A DNA stretch of 64,000 nt from Antedon mediterranea (Eukaryota; Animalia; Echinodermata), in NCBI RefSeq assembly GCF_964355755.1, contig NC_092670.1:10152695-10216694 (forward strand), read 5' to 3'. The notes beneath the pieces are model-generated. The model searched no databases, was not told the DNA's origin, and worked only from the letters and a program-made list of their open reading frames with translations. Positions 11,351 to 24,502 of this stretch are shown piece after piece. The position numbers and the translations under genes were made by a program. Position 1 is the stretch's first letter. Each line of letters begins with the position of its first letter.

Positions 11351-12191
11351 ATATATACTCAAATAAATAATAAACCCAGTTTTTATGCTTCATAGAATTT
11401 AATATTACTGTATTTAATTTTTTAAATTAAATGTATTGTTTTTAACATATATTTGCACTGTTTTTGCTATAAAAGTTGGGTTTTAATAATTAATATAAGT
11501 ATCTGCCCTTGTTTGTTTGTAATATTCTGAGCCTCGTTTGGTCTTGTTTGTTTCCATTTGGTTCCATTTAGTGTGACCGGTCACATACACAATACAATTA
11601 AAATCATTTGCGTTCATTCCGTAGCGCCCTTCGTAGCTTTTTTTTTGTTTGTTCCGCCAGTTTTGTCACACATGCCTTGTGCAATGTGTTCAAAAAGTGG
11701 GTTTTTTTAGATTGTTTAGTTAGAACTGAACAATTGTAAGTCATTGTCGGTTTTGTACCTGATTTTGAATTCTATTTTCTATAGGATAATAAAAAAGCTC
11801 TTTCGCTATTTATATTTTATTACATAACTATGATAAAGAACTTTAAAGGTCAGTTCATTTTTAAAATTAAAAGAATGGATTTGCACGCAGTATTTTATTT
11901 ACATTCACCCAAGAAAGCGGCCTCCCCTAAATTTTAATAAAATTACGCTAGAACTGTTGCTTCCGTGAACTTTAGATCCTGACGCCACCGCTGCTTAGGT
12001 ACAGTACATGTCTCAAATTCTGTCCCAGCAGTTTAAATGCGATATTAAAATAAAATTCTACAGTATGTGGGTATTCATTGATTATTTTTACTACAAGGTA
12101 CTAAGTGTCTATAAGGCCTACAAAAAATGTTAATTCTTTGTATACTTTAAATGTGTTTTTTAGTGTAAAAATTGATTAAAGATATACTAAC

Positions 12192-12453
12192 CTGCCGTTC
12201 CTGTGTATCCACTAATTGTCAAAACATAGTTAGAGTCCTCAGTACCAACATGGAAGTGAGAATATCTTGCAAACTTTGTTACATCCAAGTGGTCCGTCAT
12301 CTCTACTAAGAGCTCAAAACTGCCATGGGAAGTTATACGGTTGATCTGTTCATTACCAAGCCAGAACTCTGTGTTCAAATTTCCAAAACCCTCTTTGTAT
12401 TGCGACCAATTACGGTTGAAATTAACTGGTCCATCTTCTCTTCTCTGTATCAC
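12192..12453 (-). CDS. FReD gene A, middle exon (262 nt)
   Basis: VIQRREDGPVNFNRNWSQYKEGFG..EFWLGNE..ISGYTGTAG; cag acceptor and gttag donor. Confidence 0.93.
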
Positions 12454-13117
12454 CTGATAATGAAAGGATAGTAATCTATACTCTATTTTCTAAAACACTG
12501 ATTTCAAGTTCATCAACTGGAGTAAATAGAAATAAATGAATTAAGAACCTGAATATTAATATTACTATGAGGTTACGTCAATATTTAACAATTTAATTTT
12601 GATGTTCCTCGATTTGATTTGATTATACTTATTTTACAATAATTATGCAAGTTTTTGAACATTTAGTGTGATTGTTCTTGTATTATGTTTAGATCATCAT
12701 AGTTTTGTTGGTTTTACATGTGACCTCCAGGCAACGCTTTACTCACTCGATCTGCATGTGCGTAGGTATAGTTTTTTAGATTGATTTTTTCATTAATTTC
12801 TGTTGAACAAAATGGTAAATCTAAAGTTATGTTTTTAATAAAGCCGAATATTATTAAGAATTGTTCATTTGCAATAGGCTATTTATCCACCAATATGCAA
12901 GTTTTAAACATGCCTAACAACTGTTCACTTAACTATGTTGTGCAAATGAGTAGAATGTTGACGTCATTCGTTAAAGTTCCCTATTTTATTCTTGCCATCA
13001 TCTAAAGGTCAACATCGCCTTCTATCTATTTTCAAGACGTAAGGAGTGCAGGGTGTGACGTCATATGTGAGATGTGCTCCTTCAGATGTATTTACATAAA
13101 TTGTTGCCAATACTTAC

Positions 13118-13254
13118 TGTCCATCCTGCATCACTTCTCATGTCACAGTACACAGTAATTTGTGGTCCTCCATCACATAGCTGTATCACATATTGACCAC
13201 TCACAGCAGAAGGATTATTTTGTAAAATGTTACTACACTCCCTCATAAAACACT
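13118..13254 (-). CDS. FReD gene A, first FReD exon (137 nt)
   Basis: CFMRECSNILQNNPSAVSGQYVIQLCDGGPQITVYCDMRSDAGWT|gtaagt. Confidence 0.9.
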
Positions 13255-15300
13255 CTAAAATTACAAAATTTGAAGATCACATATTAGATATAACATTGAA
13301 ATAAGCCTATACATTGAATGAAACGTCCATTTGGTTATAAGATTGATTTTATAGTAGGTCAATACAACAGAAAGTACTTTAAGAATATTAAAGAGAACAT
13401 TTCCTACAGGCAAATTCAACAGAAACAAAATGTCACTGCCAGCAGCCAATCACTAATAATAAAAGTGAACCTCCATATGAAAAATAAATTTATTTAATAA
13501 TAAATTGTATACTTACTTGTTTTGGGAATCAGTGGCCAGGACATGAAGAAAAATGAAATATAAAATAATTAACATAATGACCGTATATAGATAGAATGCC
13601 GCTATTACAGTAATTTAATAACTACAGACTATAGTTTTGGAGAGAGAGAGAGAAGAGGAGCAGCATTTGACAGTAGTTGAAATAGTGAACTTCCTATTGA
13701 GAGTGACCACACGATAATGTAGGTGCATCACATTGGCCAATTGGTGTAGATATGCTAGTTTAAGGTCACATCCAAAAACATTATTTTTTATCATACGTTC
13801 ACTACACAGTCATGCATCATGCCTGCGTAGAAATGTATTCTGATCAAGAATGTATAAATTTCTGACTTTTGAGCCCATTATTATTTATAATTTATTTAAA
13901 CGATATGGATTTTTGTGCTGATAGTTTTTAATTTATTTACGCAGATTACACCAATATAGTAGTCTCACCATGACAGTAAATCAAGAACTAAATAAAGTTT
14001 CTTCTTTCAAATAACAAAATATTTGAATACTATACAGAGATCCAGATGAACGTTTTTACTACTTTTTGCTTAAATCTAATAACGTATCACCCAATATACT
14101 TACAACAAATGATATCATGTGTAGTAGACAACACATAACAATATTCAAATTATGATTGACAATATTGCTATTTCACAGGTTTCTCATTAAAATTATAGAT
14201 GAAACACTAACATGGGGGCATTCCAAAGTATATATATTTTTTTGAAATTGTATAATTTTGCTATTGAAAAAAATGAAAAAATTAGTTTTTTTACATCAAT
14301 TTAGTCTTTTATTTACAAATCAAAATATTATTCAACCTTTGAAACACTGTTGAAGTTTAGGTCAAGTGAAACTATTAAAATTCATAAAATTATATAAAAT
14401 ATTATTTATAAAATTAATTATTCAAAGAGAGAGAAGCAATAATTGTTAAATGTTATCAAAGTAATTTATTTATTTAAAAAAAATTATGTTTAAAAGTTAT
14501 GTTTCGTATAAATAAATCTTCAAGCTATTAACACATTTAAGGCGAATTTAAAAAAATTTACATTGGCATTTGACGTCTGAATTTCTTAGTGGATCCAAGT
14601 TGAAAATGAAATTTTCTTCTATCCTTGCTTGAATTTAATATTATTTCTATGAAATTCAATCTATTTTTTTTGTCTTAATTATTTTGCATTTGATTTATAA
14701 AGGTTCACAAAGAATGAAATCTACCAAGTGAAAAAAAAACTAGTTTAAATCTATTGCAATTTAATATCTTTAAGAACAGTTGAAAAATACAGATTTTGGA
14801 ATCATTATTTCAGTAAACACTAAAATGAGGAAAAAAACCCAACCAAAATTTCTCAGAAGTGAAAATTATGAATTTTTAAATAAAAATTATGTATGAATAT
14901 GAATATGAAATTAATAAAGGAACAATTTTAATAAAACATTTGAATATGAACAAACTCGCCATTTCTTGAAGTGCCCTTTTAAACTATAGTAGGCTTTATA
15001 GTCCTAGGAAAAACCCATACCAGCATTTGTTATTTATCCTCTATGAATGTTAAATGGTAAAATAAATTGATACTTGACTCTCTTTTATATTGATAGAAAT
15101 ATATTTCTATTTTATATATGGATTTAATTGATATTTGGATTTAAGTGATTCCTCTTAATATTTTAGTTCATTACTTTTATGTACTAAACACCTTCAGGAG
15201 TCAACAAAATTCAATAGGCGTTTTCCCAAAACCATGTTTTGTTGAATATTACGTACGTTGTTCATTCCATCAGTACACTAAATCAGAAAATGTAACTCAC

Positions 15301-15591
15301 CCTTTCGATGTAACTAAACTCAGGCTTTTGAATTATGTTGTTTTCAATTGATGCTTCTTCCAGTATTTGCTTACTGATTTGACAAACATGATCTTTCTGG
15401 TTATAGTTGACCGACAAGCAGTATGATTTGTCGGAACATTCCAGCAAACAATTTACACGGCTTATATTCTTCAACTCATAACTCCAACCATCAAGAGCCT
15501 GCCCCTGGATAACTGTATAGAATGAATTGGTCGAAAGAACGACAATAGGCAGAAGATTAAGAACGACAACCAAAGTTGCAAACGTATGCAT
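15301..15591 (-). CDS. FReD gene A exon 1: signal peptide + PAN/Apple-like domain
   Basis: MHTFATLVVVLNLLPIVVLS; CLLECSDKSYCLSVNYNQKDHVCQIS (C-x3-C-x5-C-x-S-x-N-Y..C); gtgagt donor, phase 0. Confidence 0.8.
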
Positions 15592-15761
15592 TGCGACGTT
15601 TTTGGAAATACGTATTGACAAAAATAAAATGTATGATGTACCTTCAAATGCAACTTGTCGTACACCAATATTTGTGGTAATAAGGAACTACTGTACGTTT
15701 TCATCTTCTGATGTGCGTATTATAGATGTTCCATCCAAGTATAATACAATAGAACTTTGTC

Positions 15762-15810
15762 TGCACCAATCAAAAAGGTGTTAGTAATAATAAGGTGTAA
15801 TTACATAACA
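15762..15810 (-). promoter_or_regulatory. conserved upstream motif block (CCAAT + TTATGTAA) of the PAN exons
   Basis: tgcaccaatcaaaaNggtgWtagtaa...ttacataa, also at ~41682-41725 and ~55222-55264. Confidence 0.6.
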
Positions 15811-15990
15811 ATGTATGAACAAACTTGATGCTTTTTTTCTAATAGCCTATCAAATTGAACCATCAAATGCATGTAGTTATAGTTTTTTAATTATTATTAA
15901 ATAAATTAAAGAAATTATCATTAAATCATAACTTAAAGCAAAAGAGGACACATCCATCATTTTATCAGTTGACATAGAGTTTTGCGATGC

Positions 15991-16015
15991 TGACGTCACA
16001 ACAGTAGGTGGCGCT
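15991..16015. promoter_or_regulatory. CRE palindrome next to a CTCF-like motif
   Basis: TGACGTCA 15991-15998; aCAGTAGGTGGCGC 16001-16014. Confidence 0.35.
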
Positions 16016-16078
16016 GCGTGGTTGCTAGCCAACCAAAAAATGCGTTCAACCTGCCTGAGTGACTCCAAGGTCACCACA

Positions 16079-16276
16079 TAAAATGTAAACATATAGAGGT
16101 TTATTGTTCTTTACTGAATTTTCCTCTTTCAATCTTTATAATATTATATAGTATTATATGGTGATGCTATTAAATGAGATAAAATGTAAACATATAAAGG
16201 ATTATTGTCAAGTTTACTGAATTTTCTTCGTTCAATCTTTATAATAGGATAGTATTATATGGTGATGCTATTAAAA
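16079..16276. repeat. ~100-bp tandem duplication (2 copies)
   Basis: aaaatgtaaacatata...gtattatatggtgatgctattaaa occurs twice. Confidence 0.75.
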
Positions 16277-18146
16277 TTCAAACATATTGTAATGTTTGTC
16301 TTCCACTTGTCTCTATTCTTAGATATTATTATTTAAAACACGCTCTCTGCATGTAGAATAATAGCATCTGCATAATTTAGTATCTTGTTTGAAAATGAAG
16401 GTTAATGTAGTGAAATGATAAACATTATTACACTACAAATCAATATTTAGAGTAACCATGAGGTGACTTTGGTATTGACACAGAGGGACAGGTGTAAGCT
16501 CCTATTTTTCACGCTGCTGCTCTAGCCCGCTACGTCACACGAGATGACTCATTCATTAGATGAAATCAAGCAGCAGTAATAGTACTACACTTTGACATTT
16601 TTGTTAAAATGGAAACTTGACTATAATTTATAGGTACCACCTGTTGAATCCAAAAAACGGCTGGGAAAAGAGTCTAATGACAAATCCCAAAGCATTTCTG
16701 GTATTTATGAGTCCCATGATATTACTATAATTCACTGTCAGATAATCATTGAATTATTATCAAAACAGTCCATTGAAGTTTTTGTTTGTAATAGGATACT
16801 TGAAGTATCTAGGCTTGATGAAGTGACCCCCAGACTTGACCTTAGCAATAACAATAAGCAAGCAGCGTTTTTTGTAAGAAATATTCTTGTTTAAAACTGT
16901 AATTGGCTGAATCACGATTTAAAAGAATATGTGTGTTTTAATCATTGACAGTACCCAAATGACTACAATTTAATTGTTAAGTTCAAAGTATGGAACCCGC
17001 AAAGTAATATTTTCACCCGTATTACAGTAAAGGGTTTGTACTGTTTTCTTAATTATCAGTAGGCCTACAATTAAATCAATTAGTGTATGTCAATGGCAAA
17101 AGTTGAAATGAACTATGGTGACCAATTAATACAGAAACAGGAAGTTCCTAAGTCCTGTGGGGCTATGTTTGTGTCCAGTTGTGACAGTTTTATCCTAAAT
17201 TTCGTCAGTCTATCTTGAGATCTGATCGAGAAGCCTCAGAAAAAGGGTATGTTTTACTTTACTTTTGTATTAGATTTTGTTAATTTTATGCTTAGGATTT
17301 AGATTTTTTTTTGGCTAAGCTCTTAGACTGAATTGAATTTATATTTTGTAGACTAAGTTATATTTCTTTTTAACTATTATTTGCTTGTTAACAAATAATT
17401 GACGTCACTGTCATGCACAATAATGATTGATAGGCACATGCCAGTTAAATTATATATTTACTGCCAAGAAAGGTGTAGTGTAGTGCAGGTTTATCAAGTA
17501 TCAATTTATTTTGAGCCTTTGTATTTTTAGTTAAGACTTTTTATGTTGTTATTCTTAGTTTAAGTATACTTTTGAGACTTCATTGCTCAAATGTATTTAT
17601 TTTTAATCTATACATTTAAAGGCACTCTTTAATTAACTTGCATAGTGTAAAGAAGCTGAATCTATAACTTTTTGTTTGTTATAATGACCAACAAAATGAG
17701 TTTGTCAGTCCTATCAAATATGTTGAAGTATTGCAAAATATTCACTTGATTTATTTTAGGCTGTATGTGGTATATACGAACATGAAATAAGACTTCGTAT
17801 GAGGCCAGTGCCAAGAGAGCCACTGAGCTGGTAAGACATTAAGATATAATTGTTAATTACAAGTTATATTAGTGTAATGTGGTCGTTTTCTAAAGAGAAT
17901 TGGAAATCCTTTATTTTCACGAATAATTGTATTTTGATATTTATAGTTATGCATTGCTGCTCAAATTTAATTTAGTTTATTAAGTTTATTATATATCCTT
18001 AATGTAATATAATGTTGCGTTGAGGTACTAATGAAGACTCTTACTCGCTTGACTGTCGTAACACATTGTTTATTCAGTATAATACTTCAGTACAATATAC
18101 AACTATAAGTATAGATAAGGAACGGAGGATCAATGATGCTGTCGGT

Positions 18147-18252
18147 GAGGTGTGAAGTGTGTAAGTCTGCTTCTGAAGAAGTGGCTGTGAGGTGTGTGCT
18201 CCGTGAAGTGGCTGTAAGGTGTGTGCTCCGTGAGGTGGCTGTAAGGTGTGTC
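18147..18252. repeat. short tandem repeat, ~30-bp unit, ~3 copies
   Basis: gaagtggctgtRaggtgtgtgctccgt repeated. Confidence 0.75.
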
Positions 18253-19338
18253 TGGGCCCTTCTGAAACTTGGGAGTATATTGGCCCTCGGTTCATTTACA
18301 TATGTCACTACGTAATCTGTGAGGGTAACGATTGGTCCTAAGTTGGTCCAGGGGTGTTTAAGTGGGAATGATTGATCTTATCTGGGGAGGTTATAATGAT
18401 GAATTGGCCCTGTCGAATCTCTGCTTAAAACTGTCAATATCTAATTGTTTTACGATGGGAACAGTCACAAAATTAAGCTAAGTGTTTTCTTTAGGGATTC
18501 TATTATAAACTAAATGGTCAATAAAACATCTGGACAAACTCTCCTCTGGACTTTCTGGGTCAAGTTTGTGAACCTATTTGAATTCCGATACAAAGGTCGA
18601 TTTCTTAAATATAAAAGTATATCGTTATATTACATTTTTTGTATGGAGTTTAATACCTTGTATTATATATTTTCAGTTTTGTCGTTTTGCTGTATTTCTT
18701 GTTATTCAAATAAAATCATATGAACCCAACAGTGCTTTGCCGTTTCTTTTTCTGACATCCGACCATGCCCTGTAATATCCCGTATTACTACAAAATGTAT
18801 TGTAGATGGAGAAGCATTCTATATACTTAAGTTTAGAGTTTACGATTTTTTATTTTCTTTTTCTATTTATACGTTTATTAATATGGATGATATTTCCGAA
18901 ATAAAAAGAAATTGAATTGAATTGAATTGAATTAACATGAATTAATTTTTCATATGTTGTTTTCACATAGCTACCACAGTATTATTTAATACACTGCACT
19001 CTCCTCACCTCTGCTGGCTTGATGACAACTTGAGCAAAAAAAAACCAACCACCTGACATGTTTTAACTTCAGATGTTGACTTTTCCAATGGCATTGTCTA
19101 GTTAGGAATCAAAAAGTAATATAGTACAATGTTGTATATATGATCTAGAAATGGATATACAGTATATATAGCATTATAAGATAAAGTTGTTCCTATTCAT
19201 TCTTAAATCAATATTTGAGTGTCTACTGTATTTTGTTTTCATTAATTCTAAAAGCCAGCAAAACTTCTTTTATCTTGTTTAAAAATCTCAATTATTTCTG
19301 TGTTTACCTTTGAAATGTACTTACTTTAATTGTGTTAA

Positions 19339-20791
19339 CTAGATGGTACGCTCGCTTCGCTCGAGTACCATCTAGGTCGTGCCCACAGATGGTTCTCGAA
19401 TACATAATAATTTCAGCGTTAAAGAACTGGCGATTTCAAATGTACGTACCGCAGGACAATAATACATGTCGTTTACAGGAACGAATAAATAGACACTGTG
19501 ATTTATGTACTCAACTAAAATTAGCACCCTGGGAATTACTTCCGAAAGAGAAACTTGTCACAAAATGAGACACATTGTCAAGTCAAATTTAAACAAACTT
19601 AATTTGTGTTTTGTATGTAACATTAGGGTTGAGGGATGGGGAAGAGGATGGGTGCAAAGAAGAACAATTTTTAAATATATTCTTTATCCATTTAGTAACG
19701 AAATATTAATTGTTTTCATGTTTTACAAATAATATACCACTATACACAGTAAAACATTTAATACTTTGTTGAAACTATCACCGTCGATTGAAATAGTATA
19801 GTACATGTAACGATACATCACTACGACGTGTATATGTTTATATAATTTAAAACAATTTGTGAAAACCACCTCTATTCGGGCAAAATCATAAATTCGATTT
19901 AATGGTCAATAAATATTAAATTATCTAACTCAACTTAATTAGTAGGCATAATGGTTTTCAATTGTTTCTTAGAGCCAATTCATACTTAAGTTGGTTCCTA
20001 CCCTACCCTCCAAAGTTGTTCTGCGTTTAGTTAGGGCATGTGATGTACCGTAGGCCCATCCTCTACTGGTTTTACAACGCTACTCATGCCAGTGAGGGAA
20101 GGGTGGTGATGTGTGTGGTTTAACTGCAATAATAAAGATGTGTACATAATATACGGCGAGTGAAAGCGCTAGCTCATTATCTGTTTAAAAAAAATGTATA
20201 TCCAACCTCTGCAGCACAGATTGAAATGGTTGGGTTGGTTGAAAAAAAAAATGGATCGAATTTCTGTTATGAGTATACAGTACTTGCCTTTACGACGCCT
20301 GAGGGAATAGACACTTGTGGAACAGAGATTGGAATGTTCCATTCATCGCAAATCAATACATTTGTATAAACGTATATTAAATCTATCAAAATAGTATTTT
20401 TTTTTAAATCGGCCTGTCTTCAACATTATGATGCTGTACTCGAGCTGTTCAACCGGTTTTCAGCCATTAAAAACAATTATCGTAGGAGGAGATAGGAAAA
20501 TGCGAAGCATCCTCGTATTATTGTCTGCGGGTATTTTTCAAGACGGACATCCATTAGACAGTGTATACCGCGATCGAAAAACACTCCTATTTGGGGCAAA
20601 CCGTTGAACCTAAATTCGTTTTAATCGTCAATAACTAATTATCGAACTCAATTTAATTAGTAAACAGGGTTACATCTGGTGGTTAAAATCAGTACCGAAA
20701 GTACGAACCAACTTTATAAACCATCGAGTAAACATTCTAGAAATAACGCGCGATTTACCGAATTTTGCCCTTACGTAAATTTATATATAGA
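19339..20791 (-). mobile_element. non-autonomous Helitron
   Basis: Minus strand A|TCTATATATAA ... hairpin ctagatggtac/gtaccatctag ending CTAG|T. Confidence 0.8.
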
Positions 20792-21082
20792 TTTGATTTT
20801 GATAATTTTGAGTTTAATTTTATATTTTCTTTTGTCCATTTATATACTGTATTTTGTTTATATTTATGTAGTTAAGAACTGAACCACTTTGGAAATCAGT
20901 ACATTGTGTTGAAAGTGTATTTCAGAATAAATAAAGAAAGATTAAATAAATAAATTAAAATACAAAATTGAAGAGTCAAAGAATATAGTGTGCACTGTAA
21001 CATGAACCTTTGAAGCATGCAGTCACAAATGAAAAAGAAAACAGAATCTTGTTAATATATTTAAATATACATACTGTTTACT

Positions 21083-21416
21083 GAGTACGGCCATACTGCG
21101 TTGAGACACCGGTTCGAAGTTAAGCAACGTTGGGCCCGGTTGCGTTCTGGATGGGAGACCGTCTAGAAATCGCTGCGGGTGCTGTATATACTGGAGAGTG
21201 ATGGTGTAATGGTAATATCGGACTAGCATGTGATAGGCATAGGTTTGAGGTTATCTGTACCATACTAATTGCATCCTTAGGCAAGATGCTTTACTCTCAT
21301 TGCCTCATCCTTCGGTAGGCACTGCACTGCTGGCTGCCGTGGGTCCATGGAGGGCCTAATCCGAATTTCCTCAGTTTCCAGTTAAGCTTGAGGACAAACC
21401 TTTACCTTTACCTTTT
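21083..21416 (+). mobile_element. chimeric SINE: 5S rRNA head + tRNA-like segment + core + (cttta)n-like tail
   Basis: tacggccatac..gaagttaagc..ggatgggagaccg..ggtgctgta (5S, internally deleted); TGGTGTAATGG..GGTTTGAG; ccttaggcaagatgctttactctcattgcctc. Confidence 0.75.
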
Positions 21417-23342
21417 ACTGTTTCTTCATTCTTGTTTTGTTTGTGTATTTAATATTTAAAATTATAGATGTTTATTGTGTTACTGTTTAATATTTTTTAA
21501 TGTCCCCTAGTCGCTTATTTTCTTTCATATTTTTGTACATTTATGCATTTCATTGTCGTCTGGGGAATTGTCTTCTTTTGTAAAGCTTCAAAAGCATCTT
21601 AGTAACAGTTCCGTCTGGAGAACAACGACTTAGTTAAATATTCTTGCAGTCTTCTGTTGTTCAATTTTTGTAATATTTTGATTTGTGGTGAAAAGAATGT
21701 TTACGGTAATCTTAACAATGTCTGTTTTCTGGTTGTGTAATTAGAAAGAAGTAAATAATGATTGAAAATAAATTACATAAAATAAATAATTAAATATCCA
21801 AATAAATAACATTAAATGTTAACATCAAAAGGGTGGCTCAAGTTTATGCTTTGCAGGAGCGACGGGCATAAGGTAGAAACATGAGCAAGAATACTGTACT
21901 TACCACCCGTTAGATAATCATTTTTGAAATGGTGCATGTGAGGGCACTTGCTGCTGACCACCTGCTGTCTTGACCTCTAAGTGACCTGATTGTGACGTAG
22001 GAAAATTGTTTGAGAATCAGTAAACGCAGCATTCGGTATTTGCAAAGAAATTGGTCTAAAAACACATTTTTTTAGAAATAAAAGGTGCCCCAGCTCGAAC
22101 AGCGCTATTATCGGACTTGCAGTTGAGGAGGAGATACCGGAACAAACTTTGGCTTAGTGCTATTATAATATGATGATCAACTAACAAAACATCTTAAACA
22201 GCCCTTTTGCTCGAGATTACATATCCAACCTTTCCAGAACTTGGAACCATCCCTAACCCTCAATTTCACTTAAAATCTAAAACCCACTCCAAAAATCATT
22301 TCATTGCCCCTGTATTGAACTAATAGTATATTTTTGAATATCTTTTAAAAAAAAGTGACCAATAATCAAATCTGATGTAATAATAAAACAATTAAAGCGT
22401 TAAATTTGACTGTTATAAGACAAAGTTTAATGTACCCTACCTAGTGAGTTTACTGGTAAAATTATTAAATAAAGAAGTTAAATTTAATTTTGATCTTCAT
22501 TGTTCTTTTAGGCTTGAAGCTGTTCATTGTGGGTGTCTTCCATTGTGTCCTAACCAGCTGGTTTATCCTGAGATATTTCCAAGTAAGTTCAAATCTTATG
22601 AGTTCAGAGTTCTCAACTTGCTATAATGGATTTCATTAGTTTGGATAAAAAAAATTCTGTAGTAATTACACAATTTCAATAGTTGTGTACATGTTTCAGA
22701 GCATGTACAAAATGAGATTCAGAAAGGCTATCACACTGTGATTGTGTTTTGACAAATTGTAATTCAGAAATGGAAATGGAAATCCAGAACAAGGGCTTTT
22801 CGTGGATTTTGGTTCGATGATTTGTCCGTCATAATTTTGTGTTTTATTAGGGGTTTCTCATAATTTTAAGCCAAATCATAAATTTGCCTAATATGTATTT
22901 CCATAATATGTATTTCCATAGTATTTATCGCCATTTCCATATATTATATGGCAGCACTGAAATAAGTAATTCAATATTCCAATAATAAAGATGTATTGTC
23001 CCTTTGACTAATTCAAACAAAATTTTGAAGTATCATAATAGTTATTAACTTTCACCAAAAATGTGTCCAAAAAAATTAATTTAACTGAAATACAGACTTT
23101 TTTTGTTAAAAAAATAACTTTGACTTCCAGTCAAAGTTTGGCTACTCTGTATGCATAATCATAAAACTTCCTCGCGATCTGTGTGAAAACACCTTCTCAA
23201 CCGTGACGAGTTGTAAACAATCCTAATTAGCAGCATACTCGTGGTTTAAAATCTTTGTTTACTTTCTCGCGACGATTTTTCAGATGAAATCAAATTAATT
23301 AACCTGTTAATTACGTAAACTTGTTGTTTTTGGCTCGAATTT

Positions 23343-24502
23343 TTGACATCTACTTCTAGTAAGATAACCTGTGGCGTCCCGCAAGGGACTAAGCTTGGTC
23401 CCGTGTTATTCTTGGTGCTCATTAATGATGCATGTGTCGGAAGCTGCAGAAGGTGGAAATACGTAGATGACCTCACCCTGTTAGTTAGTAAAGGAGCAAG
23501 GCCTGCAATGCAAGAGATGCTTAATGATGTTAATGATTGGTGTAGAAAGAATAATATGATCCCAAAGCCCTCTAAGTGCCATACTGTTAACTTTTTGAAA
23601 GACATCAGCGTTGACGCTGCGTCTCCCATTTTTAATCTAGATGGCTCCAACCTTGATGTAGTAGAACATATGAGATTGCTTGGCGTCATAATTCAAAGTA
23701 ATTTGAAGTGGGACCTCAACACCCAAGATATTGTCTCACGGGCATCAAGAAGACTCTTTGCTCTATGTATTTTTAAAAAAGTCAGTGTTGTTCTTGATGA
23801 CCTAATCACTGTGTACACTTCCTACATTAGGCCCATCTTGGAATACGCTTGCCAGGTATGGCATGGTGCTATTACCAAGAAAATGGCCAACAGCATTGAG
23901 ACCATTCAGAAAAGAGCATGTCGAATAATGTTAGGTGCTACCTACATTTCCTATGACAATGCCCTAGAGGTTACAGGGTTACCTTCTCTCGAGGCAAGGA
24001 GAGACACTCTTATGTTGTCCTTTGGCAGGGGGTTACTCAAGTCCAACTGTTTTCGAGACATGCTACCTCCTTGCCAAGGGCAGAAGAGAAGAGAACCCTT
24101 AGGTCTAATACAACTAGTACCGGAAGTCTCCTTCCCCCCAAGTGTAAAACTGAAACCAAAGGTCTGCCATACATACGATTGTTAAGTTTATTAATGCTAA
24201 CTGATATGGGTTGATTTCCATGATTATTTCTTACTTTCTCGATGCCGTTTTGACTTTTTATATAATAATTTTAATAATGTATACTAATAATAATCTTAAA
24301 TAATAATAATAATAATGACGTACTTAATTTTATGAACGAATAATATTGTATTTTGTGTTTTATAATATATAGTTATTTTTCTATACTGTTTATAATTGTG
24401 CCTCTTTTACTTGTAATTATATGTATATTGATTGTAAACAAACGTTATCAGCCAATGGCTGGTGTTTTTGTATGTGTTTTTAAACCTAAATAAATAAATA
24501 AA
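23343..24502 (+). mobile_element. 5'-truncated CR1/L2-group LINE (RT C-terminal half)
   Basis: GVPQGTKLGPVLFLVLIND, KYVDD, YIRPILEYACQVWH, IQKRACR; (taaa)n tail. Confidence 0.85.

Noticed and set aside
21083-21186. Functional 5S rRNA gene
   Set aside because: Internally deleted, diverged and fused to SINE-like sequence
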